Shown here in pieces: positions 19,554 to 28,414 of a DNA stretch of 64,000 nucleotides. Origin of the DNA: Acidimicrobiaceae bacterium (GTDB taxonomy: Bacteria > Actinomycetota > Acidimicrobiia > Acidimicrobiales > RAAP-2); contig JABEUQ010000093.1 of assembly GCA_013044265.1 (NCBI GenBank), positions 31,235-95,234 on the forward strand. The letters are read 5' to 3'. The notes below the pieces were generated by a model. That model ran no database searches. It saw only the letters and a list, made by a program, of their open reading frames with translations, and was not told the DNA's origin. Within the stretch, counting starts at the first letter, position 1. Each line of letters begins with the position of its first letter. A program made the translations under genes and the position numbers.

Positions 19554-20471
19554 CTACCAGGTGACCCCGGTCAACTCCTCAGAGACCTCCCACAGTTTCG
19601 AAGACAGGTCAGCGTCGAGCGCGCGCGCAGCGGGCTGAACTACTTTCGGGGTCCCGCGAAGTTGACCCGGACCGCGAGGTCCGAAGTACTCTCCCCCGTG
19701 AAGTGCGGGGAAGGCCGCGGCGCAGAGTTGGGGCAGCGCCCCGCGCTGAGCACTCTGGGCCATGAGGTGAGCACTCCATGACGCCATTGTGCCCATGAGG
19801 CCGAGGGAGGAGGACGCTTGGGTGAAGAGGTTCGTGTTCGACCACCCCGGGTGCGCGGCGACCGCGATGAACGACCAACCACCAGCCGCGCGGCGGCGCT
19901 GAATCTCCTCGGTGAAGAGCATGTTGGCCAACTTGGAGTCGCCGTAGGCGTCGCGTGAGGAGTAGGGAACCTGGCCGAGACAGCGACGTCGAATCTCTTG
20001 TAGGGAACCGTCCCCGAAGGAACCGTAGCGCTGGTAGATGCTCGAGACCGTTACCAATCTCTCAGTAATGAAGTCCTTGATCAAACCCGCGAAGGCGAAA
20101 TGACCGAGGTGATTGGTTCCGATCTGAGATTCGAAGCCGTCAGTCGTGAGTTGATAGGGCGTCCACATGACACCGGCGTTCAAGATCACCACGTCGAAGG
20201 CGTCACGCACGAGCTCCGCGCCACGGCGCACGCTCGACAAGTCAGTCAAGTCCATCTCGAGCACGTCACTCGCGCCACCCGCCGCCACGACCGCTTGCCC
20301 CTTCGCGAGGTTGCGCGCGGTAATGGTGACGTGGGCACCTCGCGAGCGCAGCGCCCGCGCCGTGGCTTGTCCCAGACCACTGGTGGCGCCGGTCACCAGA
20401 TAGCGGCGTCCTTGTTGGGGGGCAATGCTCGCCTCGTCCCATCCTCGAGGAACCTCCAGTAGTGCGCTCAC
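19554..20471 (-). CDS. Classical SDR oxidoreductase (retinol-dehydrogenase/WWOX-like)
   Basis: TGATSGLG, NAG, TNHLGHF, catalytic YGDSK, HPG; GTG 20471 behind AGAGGAAGG. Confidence 0.92.
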   Translation of the reverse strand: MSALLEVPRGWDEASIAPQQGRRYLVTGATSGLGQATARALRSRGAHVTITARNLAKGQAVVAAGGASDVLEMDLTDLSSVRRGAELVRDAFDVVILNAGVMWTPYQLTTDGFESQIGTNHLGHFAFAGLIKDFITERLVTVSSIYQRYGSFGDGSLQEIRRRCLGQVPYSSRDAYGDSKLANMLFTEEIQRRRAAGGWSFIAVAAHPGWSNTNLFTQASSSLGLMGTMASWSAHLMAQSAQRGALPQLCAAAFPALHGGEYFGPRGPGQLRGTPKVVQPAARALDADLSSKLWEVSEELTGVTW

Positions 20472-20676
20472 GTTGGACCTTCCTCTGCTTGGCATTGATG
20501 CCCCCTACGAGCACCTTATGGGTCGAGCACCGCCTCAGTGTTGGGGTATTCGAGCCCGCGCTCGCCACTCACCGACAGCCATTTCCTGACGTCGTGCAGA
20601 GAGAGGCCCGCTCAAGGAGTCATCATTGGACAAACGCGCGCCAACTCTCGCGCGTTGGTCCTCAGTGGGCCAGCTG

Positions 20677-21246
20677 ATGGCGCTGGAGCTTCGATCGTTC
20701 ATGTTGGAAGACGAAGAAGTTGCGCTCCGCGCGTGGCGTGACTGTCGGAGTTCGCGTCTCGAATTCCTGACCTCGCACTACGAGGGACCGCCTTGGCCCG
20801 AGTATCTAGAACTGACGACTAAGTATCGAGCAGGTTCCAACCTCCCCGAAGGGCCCGTACCCGACGCCAACCTGGCCGCTGTCGTCGAAAGGTGGCTCGT
20901 CGGCCGGGTGTCGATGCCCTTCCAATCCACTGAGTACCTCGCGACACATGGCGGCCACATTGGCTACGCGGTGATCGAGGAGCACCGTCGCAAGGGATAC
21001 GCCACGCAGACGCCGCGACCAGCCTCGGAGCTCGAAATAATGAACGAGGTATCGCCCGTCCTCCTCGCTTGTGATGATGACAACGTCGGCGCAGCCGCTG
21101 TTCGCGAACGTTGCGGTGGGACCCTGGAAATCGTGGGACCGAGCGTTTCGCCTCCATCACTACAACACCGCCCATATATTTCGCTCGCTCGAAGCGCCCA
21201 CTTCTCTGAGCGACGACGACTTCGGATGGGTTCGAGAACACCCTGA
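20677..21246 (+). CDS. GNAT acetyltransferase, possibly decaying
   Basis: GGHIGY, RRKGYAT, CDDDNV, ERCGG motifs present, but with radical substitutions and a C-terminal read-through. Confidence 0.6.
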   Translation: MALELRSFMLEDEEVALRAWRDCRSSRLEFLTSHYEGPPWPEYLELTTKYRAGSNLPEGPVPDANLAAVVERWLVGRVSMPFQSTEYLATHGGHIGYAVIEEHRRKGYATQTPRPASELEIMNEVSPVLLACDDDNVGAAAVRERCGGTLEIVGPSVSPPSLQHRPYISLARSAHFSERRRLRMGSRTP

Positions 21247-21335
21247 TCGCACGTTCACCCCTCACGAATTCCTCGGTTGAAACAGATAATTTCGGTTCGG
21301 CTAGTTTGAAGAGACGAAATCACGGAGCTATACGA

Positions 21336-22064
21336 ATGATGAAGAAAATTCTTGCGGCCACAACCACCCTCTGCCTGGTGGGATCCCTGACAGCCATCGC
21401 CAGCGCGAGTGCCGCGACCCCCACGTCACTCAACGGCCTCACGGGTGCCCAGATCGAGGCCGTCGCGCTCGCGCAGATGAGAGCCGCAGGCAGTTACACG
21501 ATGACGGTGACGAGCGCCATCTCGGGCTTTACGGGCACGTCGACCACTTCCTCCACTTTGACCAGTGGTATTCGACACGACGTTGTCAACGGTCAACGCG
21601 GCGAGAAGATCTTCGTCAACGGCGTGGTGTACGTCAACTTGACTACGGCGCTGGAAAAGATCTACTTCGGCAAAGTCATTCCAGCCTTCTCGAACAAGTG
21701 GATCTCCTTCACTCGTGGTCAGCCCTACTACAGCCTCTTCTCAACCACCATGGCTGAGTCGACACTGGCGCCGATCCTGAAGTTCCGAGGAGCGCTGACG
21801 GTCTCGCCTCCCCTGACCTACGACGCTCAACGTGTCGTAGGCATCTCGTCGGCCGCCAGCTCATCCACAGCCGCATCGGGAGTTCTTGAGACCCTCTACG
21901 TCGCCGACACCCCGCCATTTTTGCCCGTGGCCCTGGTGATCACCGCGCACTCGTCCCCGGCGGCGAAACCCATCGAAACAATCGTCTTCAAGGATTGGGG
22001 TGCGCGCGTCAAGGTGACTGCACCACGTCACTTCACCTCGAGTTCGAAGTTCAAACTCCCCTAG
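21336..22064 (+). CDS. Secreted LppX/LprAFG (LolA-fold)-like protein, paralog 1
   Basis: SPase I signal (ASA|AT), NGVVYVN, NKWISF, ETLYVA, LPV, FKDWG...V.AP. Confidence 0.6.
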   Translation: MMKKILAATTTLCLVGSLTAIASASAATPTSLNGLTGAQIEAVALAQMRAAGSYTMTVTSAISGFTGTSTTSSTLTSGIRHDVVNGQRGEKIFVNGVVYVNLTTALEKIYFGKVIPAFSNKWISFTRGQPYYSLFSTTMAESTLAPILKFRGALTVSPPLTYDAQRVVGISSAASSSTAASGVLETLYVADTPPFLPVALVITAHSSPAAKPIETIVFKDWGARVKVTAPRHFTSSSKFKLP

Positions 22065-22468
22065 GGCAAGTGTCCTTTGGCGAGTGCGCCAGGAACCACG
22101 ACCGACACCGTACAGTCGTGGCCACCTCAAGTGATTTGACCGACGCCGAGGAAAGATAATCGAGTCCCTGTGGGTGACTCCTCCAAGCGAAGCCCAACTC
22201 GAAAAGAACGTACGCCGTATCCCCCCGTGACGGGGCCCGGTTTCGCAACCGAGTACTCACACGAACCTTGGTCCGCGGCGTCCGATGGTGAGCCGACACT
22301 GTTGGGCCACGTGCGTGGCTGGGTCCCAGCGCACCGGTGGGTCTCAAGAGGACATACGTAGTTGGTCGAAGCCGTTTTTCACTACGACTTCATGACGACT
22401 TGTGGAAAGAACTGGCTCGCGGGCTATTCTCGTGTGACATCCCGTGCTCCGAAAAGGTCTCCAACCCC

Positions 22469-23197
22469 ATGAAGAAGGCTCTCAACGTCATCGCCGCCGT
22501 GGTCATTGCCACCCTGGTGATGGGTGAAGCAGCCAGTGCGGCATCGTCATCCTTGACCTCGAACTTTGCGAACATGTCCGCAGCTCAAATCGTGAACCTG
22601 TCACTCAGCAATGCTCAGGCCACTGGAGCGTGTACCAATACCTCCCAGGGCACCGCTGTGGGCTACACCTTTGGATCGACGACGAAGTCCAGTATCGATC
22701 AGGCCCAGCAGTCGACCCACTTCAATAAGTCGACCGGCCAGGTGCTCCTCATCAAGGGGCGACTATACGTCAACGAAAGTGCCGCACTCATCTCGCTCCA
22801 GTTCGGCAAGGCCGACCCGAAGTGGGCCAACAAATGGATTTCAATCCCGAAAGGGAACTCGTCCTACGTACCCTTATCTTCCGGATTGTTGTTCTCGTCC
22901 ATGATGAGTCAAGTTCGTCCAACGGGCACCTTGCACAAGAGCAAGCTCGGAACACTCAACGGCGTCCTAGTCATCGCGATCGCCGGGAGCGCCAACCCCG
23001 AACTAGGGCTGACTCGAGGAGTCGAGACGCTTTTCGTCGCGGCGAAGGCGCCGTATCTCCCAGTCAAACTCCTGGCGGGCGGAAGATCCCAGGGCGTACC
23101 CACCTCGTTGACGGTGACTTTCTCGCACTGGGGACGTCACCTCTCGTACAGCGTGCCGAGGTTAGTCACGCCCATCTCAGCGACTGACCTGCCCTAG
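22469..23197 (+). CDS. Secreted LppX/LprAFG (LolA-fold)-like protein, paralog 2
   Basis: SPase I signal (ASA|AS), GRLYVN, NKWISIP, ETLFVA, LPV, FSHWG; start moved to ATG 22469. Confidence 0.6.
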   Translation: MKKALNVIAAVVIATLVMGEAASAASSSLTSNFANMSAAQIVNLSLSNAQATGACTNTSQGTAVGYTFGSTTKSSIDQAQQSTHFNKSTGQVLLIKGRLYVNESAALISLQFGKADPKWANKWISIPKGNSSYVPLSSGLLFSSMMSQVRPTGTLHKSKLGTLNGVLVIAIAGSANPELGLTRGVETLFVAAKAPYLPVKLLAGGRSQGVPTSLTVTFSHWGRHLSYSVPRLVTPISATDLP

Positions 23198-23206
23198 GAA
23201 CTCACA

Positions 23207-23983
23207 ATGACTTCACTTCACGCATCGCGTAATCGAATGTGGCTCCAGCCCCACGGTGCGCGTTTCATAACCTCCCTCGTTGCGGTGGCGAGCTTGGTGC
23301 TCAGCCTCGGTCCCGTGTCACGGGCCAGCGCGGCAACCCCCACCGCCTTCGCGTCCGAATCAGGTCACCAAATTATGTCCACTGCTCTTTCTGACGCACT
23401 CACGAAATCCAGTTGCACGTCATCCACAGCGACCAAGATCTCGGGTCAGTCCTACTCCTCGACCACCAATTCGGCAATGACCACTGGGCAGCAAACCCTG
23501 GTGATCGGTAACGCTTGGACCATCGTTCGCGTGTTCAACGGTGTGGTCTACATCAAAGAGAACGTGACCGCCATGCAGGAGCAGTTTGGTGTCAGTGACC
23601 CCAAGGCCGTCAATCGTTGGATTGCAATCCCACGAATCGACTCCAACTTCGCGCGTTTCAATACCTACATACTGTTGCCTTCGATGTTGAGTGAAGTCAC
23701 GCCGTCGGGGACCCTAAAAACAACGTCGACCACCACGCTCAATCACGAAAAAGTGGTGGGGGTCACCGGCAAGCCCAACATTCATCTGGGTCTCGCTTCG
23801 GGCACCGAAACGGTCTACGTGACGACAGCGGCGCCGCACGTACTCGTTGAGATGGTGGCCTCTGATATCGTGCAGGGACAACGCGAGACTTTCGTCATCA
23901 CCTATTCCAACTGGGGCATGAACTTTCACATCGTCAAGCCGAGCCCGGTAGTAGATATCTCGACCACGAAATTGCCGAAATAG
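23207..23983 (+). CDS. Secreted LppX/LprAFG (LolA-fold)-like protein, paralog 3
   Basis: SPase I signal (ASA|AT), NGVVYIK, NRWIAIP, ETVYVT, YSNWG; 9 bp after paralog 2. Confidence 0.6.
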   Translation: MTSLHASRNRMWLQPHGARFITSLVAVASLVLSLGPVSRASAATPTAFASESGHQIMSTALSDALTKSSCTSSTATKISGQSYSSTTNSAMTTGQQTLVIGNAWTIVRVFNGVVYIKENVTAMQEQFGVSDPKAVNRWIAIPRIDSNFARFNTYILLPSMLSEVTPSGTLKTTSTTTLNHEKVVGVTGKPNIHLGLASGTETVYVTTAAPHVLVEMVASDIVQGQRETFVITYSNWGMNFHIVKPSPVVDISTTKLPK

Positions 23984-24035
23984 CAGCGAACCAGCGCGAC
24001 GAACTTCGTGGGTGCAACGGTGTTCGCCTACCGCG

Positions 24036-24299
24036 CTACCCGCGCCGACGAGCCCAGGACTGACGGTGACCACACTGAGTGCACGTCGAACGAGGTAGAC
24101 CGGCCATACCTTGGAGTGAGGCTTCGCATTTCTCACAACGCGTGGAGATGGATCCCTTCCCGGACTTGGGTCGCGACCAGAGGAAGGAAGTGCCGATGCC
24201 CAGAACGCCGAGGACCAGAAGAACATCGCCGCCAACCTTGGAGACTGCATCGACACCAAGGAAAAGTGCGAAGTAGATACCGAAAATTAACCACATCAA
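24036..24299 (-). CDS. Small membrane protein with C-terminal zinc ribbon
   Basis: Two hydrophobic segments, then CEKC-N15-CTQC. Confidence 0.6.
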   Translation of the reverse strand: MMWLIFGIYFALFLGVDAVSKVGGDVLLVLGVLGIGTSFLWSRPKSGKGSISTRCEKCEASLQGMAGLPRSTCTQCGHRQSWARRRG

Positions 24300-24367
24300 G
24301 GGGCGGCTCTTGATGATTTTCTAGATGAGAGGTGGCGTCATCAGTACCTCGCGATGTGCATCATTGG

Positions 24368-24925
24368 TCAACGCGTCAATTCGGCGGGCGAGAATGCGGG
24401 ACCGTGCCCGGGAATAATCGTGAGGGGTTTCAACGCCAGCACCGCCGCACGCGAGGACTCGAGCAAGCCCTGATCGAATGCTCGGGGGTCAACCTCGGGA
24501 CCCTGGACTGACCACCAGAGGTGGGTGCAGACCACGAGACCCTCGTCGGTCATGATCAATGTCGAAATGTCTTCTTTCGTATGTCCGGGGGTATCGAGCA
24601 AAGATACCGACGGGGCGCCCTCAATAACATCGGTGCGATCATCCCAATGGTCGTTGAAGTAGATAGCCCACACGTCGTGATACCGCGCGTTGAGGAATAG
24701 CGCGGCGTTCAAGGTGTGGTCGGGGTGGTGATGCGAAAAAATGACGTCGGTCACGTCATCCTCGTGAAGGCCAAGGGCGTGCAACGGTCCGAGGATTTCC
24801 TCACGGCTGACCACCATGCCGGGGTCAATGATGATGATTGCATCATTCTCGCGTACGAGGATCACGCTCGAGGCCACGCGCTCGTGCACGTAACCATTGG
24901 TCAAGACATCAACGACGGCGCTCAA
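24368..24925 (-). CDS. Metallo-beta-lactamase-fold hydrolase (short, MBLAC1-like)
   Basis: IIIDPG, SHHHPDH, DTPGHT, IIPGHG; TTG start behind AGGAG. Confidence 0.88.
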   Translation of the reverse strand: MSAVVDVLTNGYVHERVASSVILVRENDAIIIIDPGMVVSREEILGPLHALGLHEDDVTDVIFSHHHPDHTLNAALFLNARYHDVWAIYFNDHWDDRTDVIEGAPSVSLLDTPGHTKEDISTLIMTDEGLVVCTHLWWSVQGPEVDPRAFDQGLLESSRAAVLALKPLTIIPGHGPAFSPAELTR

Positions 24926-25015
24926 GATCGACTCCTAACTAATCTGGGCTGATGCTACTGCCCGACGGCTCCGCCCCTGTTGACGGGCCTAGATTCCGAT
25001 GATGAGCAACCACCA

Positions 25016-25039
25016 AAATATTTGAATCAAAAGATATTT
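25016..25039. promoter_or_regulatory. AT-rich inverted repeats in the divergent MBL/NMO promoter
   Basis: AAATAT-N12-ATATTT overlapping TTTGA-A-TCAAA (25021-25031). Confidence 0.3.
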
Positions 25040-25106
25040 AACTGGGACATAGACTGTATTGACGCCGTACCGAGACGATCGTCTCGAAGGCACGAAGGGG
25101 CAGAGC

Positions 25107-26639
25107 ATGAACGCGACACCCTCCTCCGCAATTTCTCCACCATGGCTGATTCAAGGTGGTATGGGTATCGCAATCTCGAATTGGCGACTTGCCCGGGCCG
25201 TCGCCAGCGCCGGCCAACTCGGTGTGGTGTCGGGCACGGCCATTGACACCGTGTTCGCGCGTCGACTCCAGGATCACGGAGTTGACGATGCCCTGCGCAG
25301 CGTGCTCGAAAAATTTCCAGTGCCGGGCATCGTGGAAGATGCGCTGCACCGATTTGCCGAGGTGCGTCGCCGTGCGGGTACCCCCTATAAGAGTCTGGCG
25401 ATGTTGACTGAACGTAGTCCTCGTCGCGCATTCGATCTCGTGGTACTGGCGAGTTTCGTTGAAGTGGCCCTCGCGAAACTTGGCCATAGTGGTCTCGTCG
25501 GTATCAATCTGCTCACGAAAGTCCAGATTCCAACGGCGGCCTCTCTCTGTGGCGCCGTCATGGCAGGGGTCGATTACGTCATGATGGGTGCGGGGGTACC
25601 AACCCATATCCCTGGAGTCATCGATGACATCTGTCACGGGCGTCGCGCCACACTCCCCTTCGCGGTGACCGGTGCCGCCAGCGACCACCCGGCCTCCTCG
25701 CTAACTTTCGACCCCACCCCCTACCTCGGCTCGACCCCACTGCAGCATCCAAAGTTCGTGGGCATCGTGTCCTCACACGTCCTGGCCACTGCACTCTTCA
25801 AGCGCAGTAATGGTCCAGTGGACGGTTTCGTCGTCGAGCGCCCCAGCGCGGGTGGCCACAACGCCCCGCCACGTGGTGCCTACGCCCTCGACGAAAAAGG
25901 TGGACCCATCTACGGCCCGCGTGATGAGATCGACTTCAACGTCGTAGGTTCGCTCGGTGTGCCCTTTTGGATCGGCGGTGGCGTGACCTCATCAGCCGAC
26001 GTGTCAGACGCCATCGCTCTGGGCGCCACCGGGGTACAGGTAGGCACAATGTTCGCCTATTGCCAAGAATCTGGCATGGAGCCCGAGCTGCGCCTCCGCA
26101 TCCTAGAAGACCTCAAGGGGCACTCCTTGGCGGTGTCAACGTCAATCACGGCATCGTCCACCGGCTACCCCTTCAAGGTCGTCGACGAGATCGGGACTAT
26201 CGGCGACCCCGACGTGTACGCCGCGCGAACACGTAAGTGCGATTTGGGATACCTCCGTGAGGCCTATCTCGACGACAATGGTGCGACGGCCTACCGTTGC
26301 GCGGCCGAGCCACTCACCATCTATCGTCGTAAGGGCGGAAATGTCGACGACGCCCAATCCACTACTTGCTTGTGCAACGGACTCATGGCCACCTGTGGGC
26401 TAGCCCAAGTACGGCCCGACGGCTACGTTGAACCCGCGTTGGTCACGAGCGGTGACCGAATCGAAGACGTTATCGTTCTGCTCCACGATCGTGAGGACTT
26501 CAGCGCCCACGACGTGATTGACTGGCTGAACCCGGCGAACGACCCGTGCAACGTGGCATCCCTGATCGAGCCCGTTTCGACCTCGCCCCAACCAGTGGTC
26601 GGCGTCACGGATGATACCCCCATGGGTATACTGTCTTAG
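25107..26639 (+). CDS. Nitronate monooxygenase / FabK-like FMN oxidoreductase with Cys-rich C-terminus
   Basis: IQGGMG, GVVSGT, AGGH, GATGVQVGTMF, STGYPFK, CDLGYLR, CLCNGL; start moved to ATG 25107. Confidence 0.85.
   Translation: MNATPSSAISPPWLIQGGMGIAISNWRLARAVASAGQLGVVSGTAIDTVFARRLQDHGVDDALRSVLEKFPVPGIVEDALHRFAEVRRRAGTPYKSLAMLTERSPRRAFDLVVLASFVEVALAKLGHSGLVGINLLTKVQIPTAASLCGAVMAGVDYVMMGAGVPTHIPGVIDDICHGRRATLPFAVTGAASDHPASSLTFDPTPYLGSTPLQHPKFVGIVSSHVLATALFKRSNGPVDGFVVERPSAGGHNAPPRGAYALDEKGGPIYGPRDEIDFNVVGSLGVPFWIGGGVTSSADVSDAIALGATGVQVGTMFAYCQESGMEPELRLRILEDLKGHSLAVSTSITASSTGYPFKVVDEIGTIGDPDVYAARTRKCDLGYLREAYLDDNGATAYRCAAEPLTIYRRKGGNVDDAQSTTCLCNGLMATCGLAQVRPDGYVEPALVTSGDRIEDVIVLLHDREDFSAHDVIDWLNPANDPCNVASLIEPVSTSPQPVVGVTDDTPMGILS
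26614..26629. promoter_or_regulatory. CsoR/CstR-like box over the trxA promoter
   Basis: ATACCC-CCAT-GGGTAT overlaps TATACT (26627-26632), about 50 bp upstream of trxA; same core as the 9302-9335 palindrome. Confidence 0.55.
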
Positions 26640-26680
26640 TCGTTCCACTACGCTGGGACGTACACAGCGAGGAGGCCGTA

Positions 26681-27061
26681 ATGGCGACAACTGAACTCAC
26701 CACCGAGAACTTCGAGGACGTCGTATCGAGTAACGACACTGTTTTCATTGACTTTTGGGCCGCGTGGTGTGGACCATGCCGTAGTTTCGCCCCGACCTAC
26801 GAGAAGGTTTCCGCTCTGTATCCTGACGCCATCTTCGCCAAGGTCGACACCGAGGCGCAACAGGCCCTCGCGGCATCGTTCAATATCATGTCCATCCCCA
26901 CGCTGATGATTATTCGTGAGCAGGTCGTCATCTTTAGCCAGGCTGGCGCACTGCCGGAATCGGCACTGATTGATTTAGTGCAAAAGGCATCGGCTCTCGA
27001 CATGGAAGAAATTCATCGTCAGGTAGCTGAGGAGCAGGCCACTCAGGGCAGTCAGGCCTAA
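26681..27061 (+). CDS. trxA: Thioredoxin
   Basis: DFWAAWCGPC, KVDTE, SIPTL; AGGAGG RBS. Confidence 0.96.
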   Translation: MATTELTTENFEDVVSSNDTVFIDFWAAWCGPCRSFAPTYEKVSALYPDAIFAKVDTEAQQALAASFNIMSIPTLMIIREQVVIFSQAGALPESALIDLVQKASALDMEEIHRQVAEEQATQGSQA

Positions 27062-27174
27062 TTCTCCACGACAGATACCCCTTATCACGAGGGGACCAAG
27101 TACCCATATCGCGATATTTATCCTTAGGTCACCACTTTGTCCTGCGACACTAGAAGCACGAGAAAGGTGTCGAA

Positions 27175-28413
27175 ATGGAAGTTGTTTCCTTAGCGGTTAT
27201 TGGTGAGCGTCTCGGGGCTCTTTCACCGAATGAGCCCCGCATCGTCGTCTCAGGGAACTTCGCAACGCCGTGGGAGCTAGTGAACCTCGCCGCCGCCACT
27301 ATTCCAATTTTTCGCTTCTTCGTCTTGAACCCACAGACGGGTTGGCCACGGCGCGAGGGCATCATTACCGAAACGCCCTTCGTGGGCACCGGTGTTCGTT
27401 CCGACGATGACCTGAAGTACCTCCCGATGCGTCTGTCCCTCGTACCACGCCTCTTCGCCACCAGCCGTCCCCCCGACGTCGTGATGGTGCAGACATCCAG
27501 CCCACGAAATGGCAAGGTGTCTCTGGGTATCGAAACTAACCTTTTGCCCGCCGCTATTGAAGAAGTACGCCGCCGTGGTGGTCTCGTAATCGCTCAGATT
27601 AATCGTCATATGCCGTACACCTTCGGCGATGCTGAGATCGTCGTCGATGACGTTGACTTGGCCATAGAACTTGACGCCCCCCTGCCTTCGCCGAGCGAAC
27701 GCCCGTTGGATGAAGCGGCCCTGATCATTGGAGAAAATGTGGCCTCGCTCTCGAATGACGGGTCCACGCTGCAACTCGGTATTGGACAGCTCCCCGACGC
27801 GGCCCTGGACTGCATGCACCATCGTCGCCACCTCGGTGTGTGGTCCGAAATGGTCAGTGACGGAATAATGAAACTCGATCGAGCCGGCGCCATCGACGTG
27901 AATCGAGTGATGACGAGTACGTTCCTCTTCGGTAGTCCCGAAATGTACGAGTGGGCCGACGAGAACCCCCGTTTGGTCATGCGCCGCACCGAAGTCGCCA
28001 ACAATCCCGCCCGCATCGCCGAGCAGCCCGGAATGCTCTCCATTAACACCGCACTGCAGGTCGACCTGTACGCCCAATCCAACGCCAGTTTCGTGCGCGG
28101 AAGGATCTATTCGGGTTTCGGTGGACAACCCGACTTCGTATCAGGAGCGCTGCACTCTCGCGGTGGCCAAGCAGTTCTGGCGCTACGCAGTTGGCACGAC
28201 AAGTCCGACGCATCGAACATCGTGCCCCTCCTCACCGACCCAGTGTGCTCCTTCCAGCATTCCGTCATCGTCACCGAACAAGGCATTGCGCCAATCTTCG
28301 GCTTCTCTCAGCAATCCCAAGCTCGCTCGATGATCGACCACGCGGCACACCCACGGGCGCGCGAGGAATTGTCACTCGCAGCCCAAAAGATGCACCTGCT
28401 CGGCTCGGACTGA
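27175..28413 (+). CDS. Acetyl-CoA hydrolase/transferase family (4-hydroxybutyrate CoA-transferase-like)
   Basis: TLQLGIG, catalytic Glu in HLGVWSEM, INTALQVDL, GGQPDF. Confidence 0.9.
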   Translation: MEVVSLAVIGERLGALSPNEPRIVVSGNFATPWELVNLAAATIPIFRFFVLNPQTGWPRREGIITETPFVGTGVRSDDDLKYLPMRLSLVPRLFATSRPPDVVMVQTSSPRNGKVSLGIETNLLPAAIEEVRRRGGLVIAQINRHMPYTFGDAEIVVDDVDLAIELDAPLPSPSERPLDEAALIIGENVASLSNDGSTLQLGIGQLPDAALDCMHHRRHLGVWSEMVSDGIMKLDRAGAIDVNRVMTSTFLFGSPEMYEWADENPRLVMRRTEVANNPARIAEQPGMLSINTALQVDLYAQSNASFVRGRIYSGFGGQPDFVSGALHSRGGQAVLALRSWHDKSDASNIVPLLTDPVCSFQHSVIVTEQGIAPIFGFSQQSQARSMIDHAAHPRAREELSLAAQKMHLLGSD

Positions 28414-28414
28414 A

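Noticed and set aside
21071-21280. 69-aa ORF with a protein-like tail (DDDFGWVREHPDRTF)
   Set aside because: It overlaps the GNAT ORF, has no RBS and no recognisable family
22065-22468. Minus-strand fragments YVLFELG (TIR-like) and LEESPTGTRLSF (SRPBCC-like) in the spacer between LppX-like paralogs
   Set aside because: The motifs are too short, lie in different frames and suggest different families, so I cannot support a pseudogene call
24368-24925. MBL-fold protein as a beta-lactamase or persulfide dioxygenase
   Set aside because: No signal peptide, and I could not identify PDO/ETHE1-specific features. Only the fold is supported
27074-27094. ATACCCCTTATCACGAGGGG as a third CsoR-like site
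   Set aside because: The spacer is too long and the right-hand TAT flank is missing. It is more likely a weak hairpin after trxA
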